This document shows positions 35,618 to 43,484 of a stretch of DNA of 58,062 bases, piece by piece. The notes under the pieces are model-generated. The model was not told the DNA's origin. It did no database searches and saw nothing but the letters and a program-made list of their open reading frames with translations. Every line of letters starts with the position of its first letter. Position 1 is the first letter of the stretch. The stretch lies in the IMG/VR virus record IMGVR_UViG_3300045988_053840; one strand, 5' to 3'. The DNA comes from a virus. The translations under genes were made by a program, and so were the position numbers.

Positions 35618-35932
35618 ATGATATTTGGTATTAAAACAAAGAAAGATAAAAAGATAGAAGAACTACAAAGAGAACTTAATAATCTAAAATTACAGCCATC
35701 TAAAATTATTGAAAAACCTATTCAGTGTACTACTATAGGTGCTTCTTATATTTTAGATAAGTATGATAAGGCTTTTATACAGGAATCATGGATTAAAGGT
35801 ACTTTAGCAAATATGTTAGCCAAAGAACTTATAGAAAGAAGATTACCTGTAGAAAAAGTCAAAATGGATAATGGGGATGTAGAGTACAGAGTAAGATTGA
35901 AGGTGATATTGAATGATTTATATAGGAATTGA
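35618..35932 (+). CDS. Hypothetical protein
   Basis: ORF track 35594..35932; in-frame ATG 35618 lies just after the upstream stop. Confidence 0.45.
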   Translation: MIFGIKTKKDKKIEELQRELNNLKLQPSKIIEKPIQCTTIGASYILDKYDKAFIQESWIKGTLANMLAKELIERRLPVEKVKMDNGDVEYRVRLKVILNDLYRN

Positions 35933-36374
35933 CCCAGGAAAGAATGGGGGAATTGCATTATTATCAAATGTAAGTGATTTTATTGATACTTTTGTATATT
36001 CCGAAGATGCTATATTGGAAGTATTAAAGCAAGCAAGCAAATATGTAGATAAAATATGTTACTTAGAACAAGTTCACGCAATGCCAAAACAAGGTGTAAC
36101 TAGCACTTTTAATTTTGGAATGAATTTTGGTTTTATTCAAGGTGTATTAAAAGCATACGGCATTCCTTATGAACTTGTTACGCCGCAGAAATGGAAGAAA
36201 GAATTTTCCTGCACATCAGATAAAAACACATCAATAGAAGTATGCAAAAGATTATTTCCAACTGTAAATCTAAAAGCAACCGACAGGTGCAAGAAAGACC
36301 ACGATGGAATGGCAGAAGCATTACTAATAGCAGAATATGGAAGGAGGCATTATAATGGAAAATGTTCCTTATAG
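35913..36374 (+). CDS. RuvC-like Holliday junction resolvase
   Basis: MIYIGIDPGKNGGIALL... and a C-terminal DHDGMAEALLIAEYG acidic catalytic pattern. Confidence 0.65.
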   Translation: MIYIGIDPGKNGGIALLSNVSDFIDTFVYSEDAILEVLKQASKYVDKICYLEQVHAMPKQGVTSTFNFGMNFGFIQGVLKAYGIPYELVTPQKWKKEFSCTSDKNTSIEVCKRLFPTVNLKATDRCKKDHDGMAEALLIAEYGRRHYNGKCSL

Positions 36375-36546
36375 ATGTGAAGATTGTTGTAAGAAAGAAG
36401 TGTGTAAATATGCAGATGATATGGGTAAACTAACACACACAATCAATGAACAATTAAGATATGTCAGTACTACAAGACCTTGGAGTATTGCAGGAATTAA
36501 TTGTGATTATTTTGAGGCATCAAAACCCACTACAAAAGGATGGTGA
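36355..36546 (+). CDS. Small Cys-rich protein
   Basis: ORF track 36337..36546; ATG 36355 follows AAGGAGG. YRCEDCCKKEVCKY. Confidence 0.45.
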   Translation: MENVPYRCEDCCKKEVCKYADDMGKLTHTINEQLRYVSTTRPWSIAGINCDYFEASKPTTKGW

Positions 36547-36550
36547 TATA

Positions 36551-37075
36551 ATGACAAGTCGTAGATGTTTAAAAAGTCCTGAACTTATAATGGAAAATGT
36601 TGATAAGTCAAGTGATATCATACGAGAATTATCAAGCAATCTTGTAGATAAGTATTGTGTAGAACTTGATAACTTGATGTATAACATATCACAGGTTTTG
36701 AATGCTGATTGTGTTTCAGATAAATTTCTGGAAGATAGTATCTTAAGCCTTGCTAATACTTTATATTTCACAGGTTCAGCACAAGAAGATTTAGGAATTA
36801 AAGAAGATACTTGTAAAATGATAAGACAGGAAGTATATTCAAAAGCAAGAGAAAATGCAAGGGGAACAGTAGCAGATAAGACAGCACAGGCAGAATTATT
36901 ATCACAGCAGGAAACAATAACACTTGCTATATATTCAAGAGCTTACAAGAAAGTAAAGCTAAGAATGGATGCAGGCTATGAGATGTTGAACAGCTTGAAA
37001 AAAGTAATGAATAAGCGTATTACAGAAATGGAACTGTCTAATAGCAGATATATAAATCATAGTGAAGGAGAATGA
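36551..37075 (+). CDS. Hypothetical protein
   Basis: ORF track 36461..37075; ATG 36551 follows aaggatggtga. Confidence 0.45.
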   Translation: MTSRRCLKSPELIMENVDKSSDIIRELSSNLVDKYCVELDNLMYNISQVLNADCVSDKFLEDSILSLANTLYFTGSAQEDLGIKEDTCKMIRQEVYSKARENARGTVADKTAQAELLSQQETITLAIYSRAYKKVKLRMDAGYEMLNSLKKVMNKRITEMELSNSRYINHSEGE

Positions 37076-37077
37076 AT

Positions 37078-37437
37078 ATGGGTACATGTAATCATGATTG
37101 CTTTAATTGTTCTTATGATGATTGTATTTGTGAAGACTATACGGATGATTTAGCATTGGACATGTATCTTGATAGAATGGCTACAAGGTCATACGATTCT
37201 CTTAGAGTGTCCCAGAGAAAATATCGTGCAACAGAGAAGGGCAAGCAGGCAGTACGCAGATGGAATCATAGCGAAAAGCATAAGAAAATTATGAATAATT
37301 ATAATAAATCTGCTAAAGGGAAGGAGAGGTCAAAGAGATTTGAACAAACAGAAAAGAGAAAAGCATATCGCAGAGAGTGGCAAAAGAGAAAATACTGGGA
37401 AAATAAGGCAAAAAAGGAGGATGTGTATGTTAAATGA
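37078..37437 (+). CDS. Cys-rich, highly basic protein
   Basis: ORF track 37072..37437; the second ATG (37078) is better spaced from GAAGGAGA. CNHDCFNCSYDDCIC, then a Lys/Arg-rich tail. Confidence 0.45.
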   Translation: MGTCNHDCFNCSYDDCICEDYTDDLALDMYLDRMATRSYDSLRVSQRKYRATEKGKQAVRRWNHSEKHKKIMNNYNKSAKGKERSKRFEQTEKRKAYRREWQKRKYWENKAKKEDVYVK

Positions 37438-37762
37438 AAATGCTGATAGAACAACAGATATAATTAATGGGAATATATATAAATTTCAAATGATAGTTGC
37501 AGAAAATCAAGAGGAATTTATATTCAGCACACTATCTAATTGGGTACATGATAATTTTCAAATAAGAGTAAACAAACAGGAACTTATTCAGGCAATAGAA
37601 ATTGTGAGAGCTTGTAAACATATGGGTAATTATTCTTTGCGTGATGCTTGTGTTAATGCTAAAAGTCACACATCTTTTTATAATGATGGGTTTAAAGCAG
37701 GTTATAAGCAAGGAAGAGAATCTATAAGAGATTTAATCGATGAGGAATTAGATAATGAGTAG
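37427..37762 (+). CDS. Hypothetical protein
   Basis: ORF track 37340..37762; ATG 37427 lies 6 nt after AAGGAGG. Confidence 0.45.
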   Translation: MLNENADRTTDIINGNIYKFQMIVAENQEEFIFSTLSNWVHDNFQIRVNKQELIQAIEIVRACKHMGNYSLRDACVNAKSHTSFYNDGFKAGYKQGRESIRDLIDEELDNE

Positions 37763-38075
37763 AAGAATGTTTGCTACAATGAATAATCATGAAGAAGTGC
37801 TTAATAAATGTCCTCTATGTGGTGCTGAACTAGAGTATGTCGTACTCAATCAATATTCTAATGTTTATAGAATATTGAAAAACGGAAAAGTTTCTAAAAC
37901 TCGAAAACTTAGGAGGGATGAAGGTCCTATGGAATGTGCATTTATAGCTTGTTCTAATCCGAATTGTGAATTTCATACAGATTGTGATTATGATACTGAT
38001 ACCACAGGTTCATACGAAGCTATATATATTCATCAAGCAGATGAAGGACAGTTTATGATTGACATAGATAAGTAA
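37755..38075 (+). CDS. Zinc-ribbon protein
   Basis: CPLCGA...CSNPNC. Confidence 0.45.
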   Translation: MSRRMFATMNNHEEVLNKCPLCGAELEYVVLNQYSNVYRILKNGKVSKTRKLRRDEGPMECAFIACSNPNCEFHTDCDYDTDTTGSYEAIYIHQADEGQFMIDIDK

Positions 38076-38093
38076 TTATAGAAAGGAATAAAA

Positions 38094-39113
38094 ATGAGTA
38101 ATCTTGATTTAATTATAAAAGACTTAAATAAGAAAATGAAAGTAGGAAATATTCAACTAGGAGTAGATTTCCAGGAAGTACAGAAGATTCCTTTTTCATC
38201 ATGCAGATTAAATTATATGACATATGGAGGTATTCCAGTTGGAAGAATAGCCGAGTTTTACGGAGCAGATGGAAGTGGGAAGACAACTACCGCTATTGAT
38301 GTAGCTGGAAATGCTCAAAGAATGTTTCCAGATAAGAAGGTGTTGTTTGTAGATATTGAACACACTTTTGATTCTTGCTGGGCAACCAAGTTAGGATTGA
38401 ACTGTGATGATATAATCTATCTTGACCCAGATAGCATGGGAGCAGAAGAAGTCTTTAACATGATGATTGAGCTAATAGATAGTGGAGAAATAAGTCTATG
38501 CATATTAGATTCAATTGGTGCTATGGTGTCAATGCAAGCAAATGAAAAACAGATAGGGGAAAGAACATATGGTGGAGTGAGTATGGCACTCACTGAATTT
38601 ACTAAAAAGATAACCCCAGTTCTTTCAAGAACACAAACAACCTTCATTGGCATAAATCAGGCGAGAGATGATATGAATAGTCCTTATGGTGGAACTACTA
38701 CTACAGGTGGAAAATGCTGGAGGCATGGTTGTAGCACTCGTCTTGAATTTAGAAAAGGTAATTATATTGATGATAAAGGTAATAATCTTTCAAGAGCTTG
38801 TGAGAATCCTGCTGGAAATATAGTTAATGTAGCACTTATTAAATCTAAAGTATGTAGACCTGACAGAAAAGTAGGATTTTACACGCTTAAATATCTAGAA
38901 GGAATTGATTATATTTCTGATGCTGTTGATGTTGCGATTAAGTTAGGTCTTGTTAATCAAGCAGGAGCATGGTTCACATTAGTAGAACCAGAAACTGGAG
39001 AAGTTAAAGAGAAATTTCAAGGCAAGCCTAAACTGGTTGAATATTTAAGAGATAATACAGATGCTTATATGCAGTTATCTAATGATATTCAGACATTGTT
39101 AGAAACAGAATAG
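38094..39113 (+). CDS. recA: RecA-family recombinase
   Basis: GGIPVGRIAEFYGADGSGKTTTAID Walker A, ILDSIGAM Walker B, 339 aa. Confidence 0.75.
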   Translation: MSNLDLIIKDLNKKMKVGNIQLGVDFQEVQKIPFSSCRLNYMTYGGIPVGRIAEFYGADGSGKTTTAIDVAGNAQRMFPDKKVLFVDIEHTFDSCWATKLGLNCDDIIYLDPDSMGAEEVFNMMIELIDSGEISLCILDSIGAMVSMQANEKQIGERTYGGVSMALTEFTKKITPVLSRTQTTFIGINQARDDMNSPYGGTTTTGGKCWRHGCSTRLEFRKGNYIDDKGNNLSRACENPAGNIVNVALIKSKVCRPDRKVGFYTLKYLEGIDYISDAVDVAIKLGLVNQAGAWFTLVEPETGEVKEKFQGKPKLVEYLRDNTDAYMQLSNDIQTLLETE

Positions 39114-39160
39114 TTATCAACAATTTATTAAAGTTATCCACATTAAATTGTGGATAACTT
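39112..39160. repeat. Three DnaA-box-like 11-mers (AGTTATCAACA, AGTTATCCACA, TGTGGATAACT)
   Basis: Cores ttatcaaca 39114-39122, ttatccaca 39134-39142 and tgtggataa 39149-39157. The last two form the terminator stem. Confidence 0.7.
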
Positions 39161-39170
39161 TTTTATTTAT
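39131..39170 (+). terminator. Rho-independent terminator whose 12-bp stem is an inverted pair of perfect DnaA boxes
   Basis: aagttatccaca (39131-39142) pairs with tgtggataactt (39149-39160), followed by ttttatttat. Confidence 0.7.
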
Positions 39171-39185
39171 TTTAAATAAAATCAC

Positions 39186-39214
39186 TCGACATTTCTACTT
39201 ATATGTATTACAAT
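39186..39214 (+). promoter_or_regulatory. Early promoter P6 (TCGACA-17-TACAAT)
   Basis: TCGACA at 39186-39191, TACAAT at 39209-39214. Confidence 0.6.
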
Positions 39215-39257
39215 ATAATCAAGTTAAGAGATAACATATCAAAGGAGGATAAAAAAC

Positions 39258-39431
39258 ATGAAAGCATCAGCAAAAATAAGAGCATACAAACTTCCACAGG
39301 GAACTACATATTTTATAACTGGAGAAAGGGTTTATGAAGATGGAACAGTTGATGAAATAAGAAATCGTAAAGCTTCATTAAGAGAAGCAATAGCATATTG
39401 CAGAGAGAATGAGATATCTTATACATTTTAA
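39258..39431 (+). CDS. Hypothetical 57-aa protein (below ORF-track cut-off)
   Basis: ATG 39258 follows AAAGGAGG. MKASAKIRAYKLPQGTTYFITGERVYEDG... Confidence 0.45.
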   Translation: MKASAKIRAYKLPQGTTYFITGERVYEDGTVDEIRNRKASLREAIAYCRENEISYTF

Positions 39432-39457
39432 ATACATAGAAAGGTTTGGTGGAAAAT

Positions 39458-39688
39458 ATGAAATTAAAGGAATTACTTACAAAACTTGAGAAAGCAGAAC
39501 ACATCACAGAGAGTATAGACATGGAAACAAATGAGAATGCTTGGGATAAAGCATATGAGCTTGAATATGAAGCATTTTGCGAACTTGCTACAGAAATTAT
39601 GAATCTTATAAAATGTGATAGACCTACTGCTAATGCAATGATAACTAAAAAGAGAACTAATTTAAAAGCATTAGTAGCTAATATATAG
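39458..39688 (+). CDS. Hypothetical protein
   Basis: ORF track 39446..39688; in-frame ATG 39458. Confidence 0.45.
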   Translation: MKLKELLTKLEKAEHITESIDMETNENAWDKAYELEYEAFCELATEIMNLIKCDRPTANAMITKKRTNLKALVANI

Positions 39689-39698
39689 GAGGTTCAGT

Positions 39699-40244
39699 AT
39701 GAAAGAAATATTTAAACAGATACATAGATTTCAGGATATGAATTTTGAAGAGGGTAAACCATTTGAGTTTACCCTTGAAGGAAAAAGAAAAGAAATAAAT
39801 ACAGAAGATTATATATGTCCACCAGTTCAGAAAATGGAAGTAGGAAAGTCGTATAAAATCACTGTTAAAAAATATATGACAGAACCAGCGACAGCCAATT
39901 TTGATTTTCAGGATAAATGGAACAATGGAAAGCCTATGCCACTTTGCATTATGCAAGGCGAAGTTATAAAAGAAACTCGTGGAATGTATTACATGAGTTT
40001 ACAAGGCAAAGCAGAACCTATATCAAGATGTCTTGTATGTGGAAAACCATTAACTAATCCAGTATCTAAATTATATGGTATAGGTCCAGAATGTTCTGAA
40101 AAGGTTGGTATTATAAGAGTAGAAAGTGAAGAAGAAGCTAGAGAAAAGTGGAATGAGCTTGTTCAACAGATTGGAAATATCAAATGGGAAGGCTGGGTAA
40201 TCAAATCAGCAATAAAAGAATGGGAGATGATAGATAATGAATGA
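39699..40244 (+). CDS. Hypothetical protein with DUF6011-like Cys motif
   Basis: CLVCGKPLTNPVSKLYGIGPEC. Confidence 0.45.
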   Translation: MKEIFKQIHRFQDMNFEEGKPFEFTLEGKRKEINTEDYICPPVQKMEVGKSYKITVKKYMTEPATANFDFQDKWNNGKPMPLCIMQGEVIKETRGMYYMSLQGKAEPISRCLVCGKPLTNPVSKLYGIGPECSEKVGIIRVESEEEAREKWNELVQQIGNIKWEGWVIKSAIKEWEMIDNE

Positions 40245-40404
40245 TTTAGTTAGTAAATATGATGTGTTGCATTTATTATATACTATTTTTGAAAAGCACA
40301 GTATGGCGACAGATAAAACGAATATTTCAGGAGGTTTTGGAAAAGAAGTGTTTGATACTATAAAAGCTATGCCTATTATTAATGATATGAATAAAGAGGA
40401 ATAA
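40237..40404 (+). CDS. Hypothetical 55-aa protein (below ORF-track cut-off)
   Basis: ATG 40237 overlaps the end of the upstream gene. MNDLVSKYDVLHLLYTIFEKH... Confidence 0.35.
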   Translation: MNDLVSKYDVLHLLYTIFEKHSMATDKTNISGGFGKEVFDTIKAMPIINDMNKEE

Positions 40405-40495
40405 AAAAAATGATTCAATTGTGTATTTGGACTGTATTAGTGTTTATTGCAGGCTGTCTTGTTGGAAAATATAAGTAGATGAAAGGAGGAAATTA

Positions 40496-40621
40496 ATGCC
40501 AATAATAAGAACAAAGAAAGGTTATAAATGGGGAACAACAGGAAAAGTATATCCCACTAAGAAAGAAGCCTTAAAACAAGGAAGAGCCATAGAAGCTAAT
40601 AAAAGGAGAAAAAATAAATAA
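40496..40621 (+). CDS. Hypothetical 41-aa basic protein
   Basis: ATG 40496 follows AAAGGAGG. MPIIRTKKGYKWGTTGKVYPTKKEALKQGRAIEANKRRKNK; TAATG overlap with the next gene. Confidence 0.4.
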   Translation: MPIIRTKKGYKWGTTGKVYPTKKEALKQGRAIEANKRRKNK

Positions 40622-40953
40622 TGGCAACTAGAGATTATTCAGATAGACAGGAACAGCATATTGCAAGAGTAACAGGTGGTAAAGTACAGAGCAATTCCGG
40701 TGGAACAAAGTTCGGAGGTGGTGATGTTCATACAGATATGTTCTTTATAGAAGCTAAAACACCAACAAAGGAACAAACCTCATTTACTATTAAAAAAGAA
40801 TGGATAACTAAGATGAGAGAACAAGCATATGAACAAGGAAAGGAAGAATCTGTATTAGCTTTTAGATTTGACCCAAACACAGATAATGACTTGTATGTAT
40901 TAAGTCAAAGACAGTTTTTGGAATATTTAAGATTTAAGGAGCAGGAGGTATGA
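40621..40953 (+). CDS. PD-(D/E)XK-like nuclease (Hjc/RecU-like, putative)
   Basis: GGDVHTDMFFIEAKT looks like a D...E-x-K core. Confidence 0.35.
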   Translation: MATRDYSDRQEQHIARVTGGKVQSNSGGTKFGGGDVHTDMFFIEAKTPTKEQTSFTIKKEWITKMREQAYEQGKEESVLAFRFDPNTDNDLYVLSQRQFLEYLRFKEQEV

Positions 40954-41147
40954 TATGTCCATTATGTAATGGAAAATTAAAAGTAGTAGATACAAGGAAT
41001 ATCAAAAAAGATAATTCTATAATAAGGCGAAAACGGTGTTTAAACTGTGGAGCTTTATATTACACTAAAGAAACAGAGATTGATTATGCAAGTATTCAAA
41101 AAGAATGGCTTAAAGCCGTAAATGAAGGGAGATTAAAGAATGATTAA
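40950..41147 (+). CDS. NrdR-like zinc-ribbon protein lacking the ATP-cone
   Basis: MICPLCNGKLKVVDTRNIKKDNSIIRRKRCLNCGALYYTKE parallels the NrdR N-terminus. The whole protein is only 65 aa. Confidence 0.55.
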   Translation: MICPLCNGKLKVVDTRNIKKDNSIIRRKRCLNCGALYYTKETEIDYASIQKEWLKAVNEGRLKND

Positions 41148-41820
41148 ATTAGAACATGCAGTTTTACCTTCCCCAGAGCAAATGCAATTTGTTATTGAAG
41201 GTATGCGTAATCCAATGAATAGCTGGGATAACAGTGATAGTTATGTTACTTATAACATTAATTCTGATGAAATATTTGCATTAGGTAATAATGACCATGA
41301 CCTTATGCAGAGATTAGCTAAAGCAGGTACAGACCATAGAAAGTATATGCGGATGATGACAGTGTATGTGAGAATCACAGCACCTCTATATTGGTGGAAA
41401 GAATTCGATACTTACAAGGTTGGAACTGTTGCTAATAGCTGTTCAACTATGCACAAGATTCAGGAAAAAGAATTTACACTTGACGATTTTAGTTTTGAAC
41501 ATATATTAGATGATTCTGCATGGTTAGCAGATGATGGAAATTTAATAGGGGAGCTGTTATTGATAATATTGAATGGGGCTAGAGAAGATTTCTTGGAAAC
41601 TAAAGATAAAAAATATTGGTGGCAGATGATACAGTTACTTCCTTCATCATATAATCAGACAAGAAATGTTATGTTGAATTATGAAGTATTATCTAATATG
41701 TATCATTCAAGAAAAAATCATAAGTTAGATGAATGGAGAGAATTTTGTAAATGGATTGAAGGGTTACCATATTCAGAATTAATTATTGACAGTGAGAAAT
41801 TAGAGATTGTGGAGGGATAA
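41140..41820 (+). CDS. ThyX-fold protein with altered active-site motif
   Basis: DHDLMQRLAKAGTDHRKYMRMMTVYVRITAPLYWWKEFDTYKVGTVANSCS aligns by eye with the ThyX segment ...[21 protein letters not shown]. RHR is replaced by DTY. Confidence 0.45.
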   Translation: MIKLEHAVLPSPEQMQFVIEGMRNPMNSWDNSDSYVTYNINSDEIFALGNNDHDLMQRLAKAGTDHRKYMRMMTVYVRITAPLYWWKEFDTYKVGTVANSCSTMHKIQEKEFTLDDFSFEHILDDSAWLADDGNLIGELLLIILNGAREDFLETKDKKYWWQMIQLLPSSYNQTRNVMLNYEVLSNMYHSRKNHKLDEWREFCKWIEGLPYSELIIDSEKLEIVEG

Positions 41821-41826
41821 TATAAT

Positions 41827-42030
41827 ATGAAATGTGAAGACGCATATGTATTTAAAGTAAGTAATGAAGAAGCAGAAGTTATCAAGCAGTTTGTATCAGC
41901 AATGGAGAGTATTTCTATTGGCATAGATAATGATGATATTTGGGAAATTATGGAAGCTATTGCAAACAAACAGACTTCTAGTAATATAACAGGAATAATG
42001 ATTATGTATGAAGAAGGCGAGGATTTGTAA
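41827..42030 (+). CDS. Hypothetical acidic protein
   Basis: 67-aa ORF. Confidence 0.45.
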   Translation: MKCEDAYVFKVSNEEAEVIKQFVSAMESISIGIDNDDIWEIMEAIANKQTSSNITGIMIMYEEGEDL

Positions 42031-42066
42031 AATCCTAATGAGTGTTCGTTTTAGAAAGGAGATTAT

Positions 42067-42300
42067 ATGAATAATAGTGAGGTATTAGAGAAGTTAAGAG
42101 CATATCTTAAATGCCGAGGAAGACAAGTTAAAGGTATTTATTATGCCTGTAATAATAAAAAGTGTGACGATTGCGATTTATGTTATATGCAAGGAACTAC
42201 AGGTGAACATATTGAAGCTATTGAAGTTGCAATACAAGCTCTTGAAAAACTCAAAGATAATGAGCCTTGTTGTAGATGTGATAGTAGAAAGGAGAATTGA
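42067..42300 (+). CDS. Cys-rich small protein
   Basis: CNNKKCDDCDLC...CCRC; RBS AAGGAGA. Confidence 0.45.
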   Translation: MNNSEVLEKLRAYLKCRGRQVKGIYYACNNKKCDDCDLCYMQGTTGEHIEAIEVAIQALEKLKDNEPCCRCDSRKEN

Positions 42301-42303
42301 GAA

Positions 42304-42642
42304 GTGAAAATTGTAACAGTTAGTGATTTAATAAAAATTCTTGATACAAAAGAAAATAGATATGGTGCTACAGGAAAACCAAGAATATTGAATTTATCTT
42401 TAAATGGCAATTTTGCTGGCAGTATTGAATCTGTAAAGTTAGATGGTTATGGCGATGGACTTATTACAGACGTGACGATGGAGATTACTTCATCTAAATT
42501 CACAACAACCAATGCCGACAGGATAAGAAATATGTCTGATGAAGAGTTAGTGGAATTTCTTGTCGGATTTAAAAACACATTTGGCGAAGAATACGAGGGA
42601 GAAACTAGTTGTATGGAATGGCTTCAATCAGAAGCAGAATAG
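42304..42642 (+). CDS. Hypothetical protein
   Basis: GTG start after GGAGAATTGAGA. 112 aa. Confidence 0.4.
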   Translation: MKIVTVSDLIKILDTKENRYGATGKPRILNLSLNGNFAGSIESVKLDGYGDGLITDVTMEITSSKFTTTNADRIRNMSDEELVEFLVGFKNTFGEEYEGETSCMEWLQSEAE

Positions 42643-42655
42643 GAGAGAAAGAAGA

Positions 42656-42928
42656 ATGAGGTTGATTGATGCAGATGTATTTGAGAAGTTTATAAGAAAA
42701 AATTGTACAGATTCACTTGTAGATTTGTGGTGTGAATTAGTGCGAAGACAACCGACCGCCTATGATGTAGACAAGGTTGTGGAACAGTTGGAAGAATTAA
42801 AAAGTGAAGTTCCTGTAAACAGAATCCTTGATGACATTATAAAAGATAAACCGAAAGAATTAGGTCAGCTAATTGCTTATAATAAAGCAATCGAGATTGT
42901 GAAAGGCGGTGGGGTAGATGAAAGATAG
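42656..42928 (+). CDS. Hypothetical protein
   Basis: ORF track 42560..42928; in-frame ATG 42656 (MRLIDADVFEK) follows GGAGAGAAAGAAGA. Confidence 0.4.
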   Translation: MRLIDADVFEKFIRKNCTDSLVDLWCELVRRQPTAYDVDKVVEQLEELKSEVPVNRILDDIIKDKPKELGQLIAYNKAIEIVKGGGVDER

Positions 42929-42951
42929 ATATTTATTTTAGATAAAATCAC

Positions 42952-42980
42952 TTGACATTTCTATCTATATGTATTACAAT
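42952..42980 (+). promoter_or_regulatory. Early promoter P7 (TTGACA-17-TACAAT)
   Basis: TTGACA at 42952-42957, TACAAT at 42975-42980. Confidence 0.7.
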
Positions 42981-43023
42981 ATAATCAAGTTAAGAAATTG
43001 ATTATTTAAGGAGAATACATATT

Positions 43024-43242
43024 ATGAGAACATGTTTAGGAGATTTTAAAAATTACGAAGAAATGAGAAAGGTTCTTAAAGAAGCTAAAATTTCTGAATA
43101 TAAAAAATTAGTTGCTATGTCAATGAATAGCTTATCAATGGAGCTTTCTGATAAGCTATTTGACTTAGCTGATATTCTTGTTAATCAGTTTGGATTAACA
43201 AGAAATGATATTGAAGCCTTAGAAATGGAGGTGATAGCTTAA
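43024..43242 (+). CDS. Hypothetical protein
   Basis: 72-aa ORF after AAGGAGA. Confidence 0.45.
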   Translation: MRTCLGDFKNYEEMRKVLKEAKISEYKKLVAMSMNSLSMELSDKLFDLADILVNQFGLTRNDIEALEMEVIA

Positions 43243-43484
43243 TGAGAAATACTACATATTATGTGACAATTAATATCAAGGATAAAGAAGAAGGCAAGAT
43301 TAAGAGAATTAAATGTGGCTCAAGGAATGAGATAAATAAGCGTCTTACTCAGTTACATTTAAAAGGTATCATATCATATACTTTTACACTCATGAAGAAT
43401 GGAATAAGATATAAGGATTTTAATCTTGAAGATTCTTTGATGAAATTTATAAAATATTTACCACTTATAAAGGAGGAAAATTAA
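43242..43484 (+). CDS. Hypothetical protein
   Basis: 80-aa ORF, TAATG-coupled on both sides. Confidence 0.45.
   Translation: MRNTTYYVTINIKDKEEGKIKRIKCGSRNEINKRLTQLHLKGIISYTFTLMKNGIRYKDFNLEDSLMKFIKYLPLIKEEN

Noticed and set aside
40410-40478. 22-aa hydrophobic peptide ORF (MIQLCIWTVLVFIAGCLVGKYK) in the 40.4 kb gap.
   Set aside because: It is too short to support without expression data. It is noted only as a possibility.
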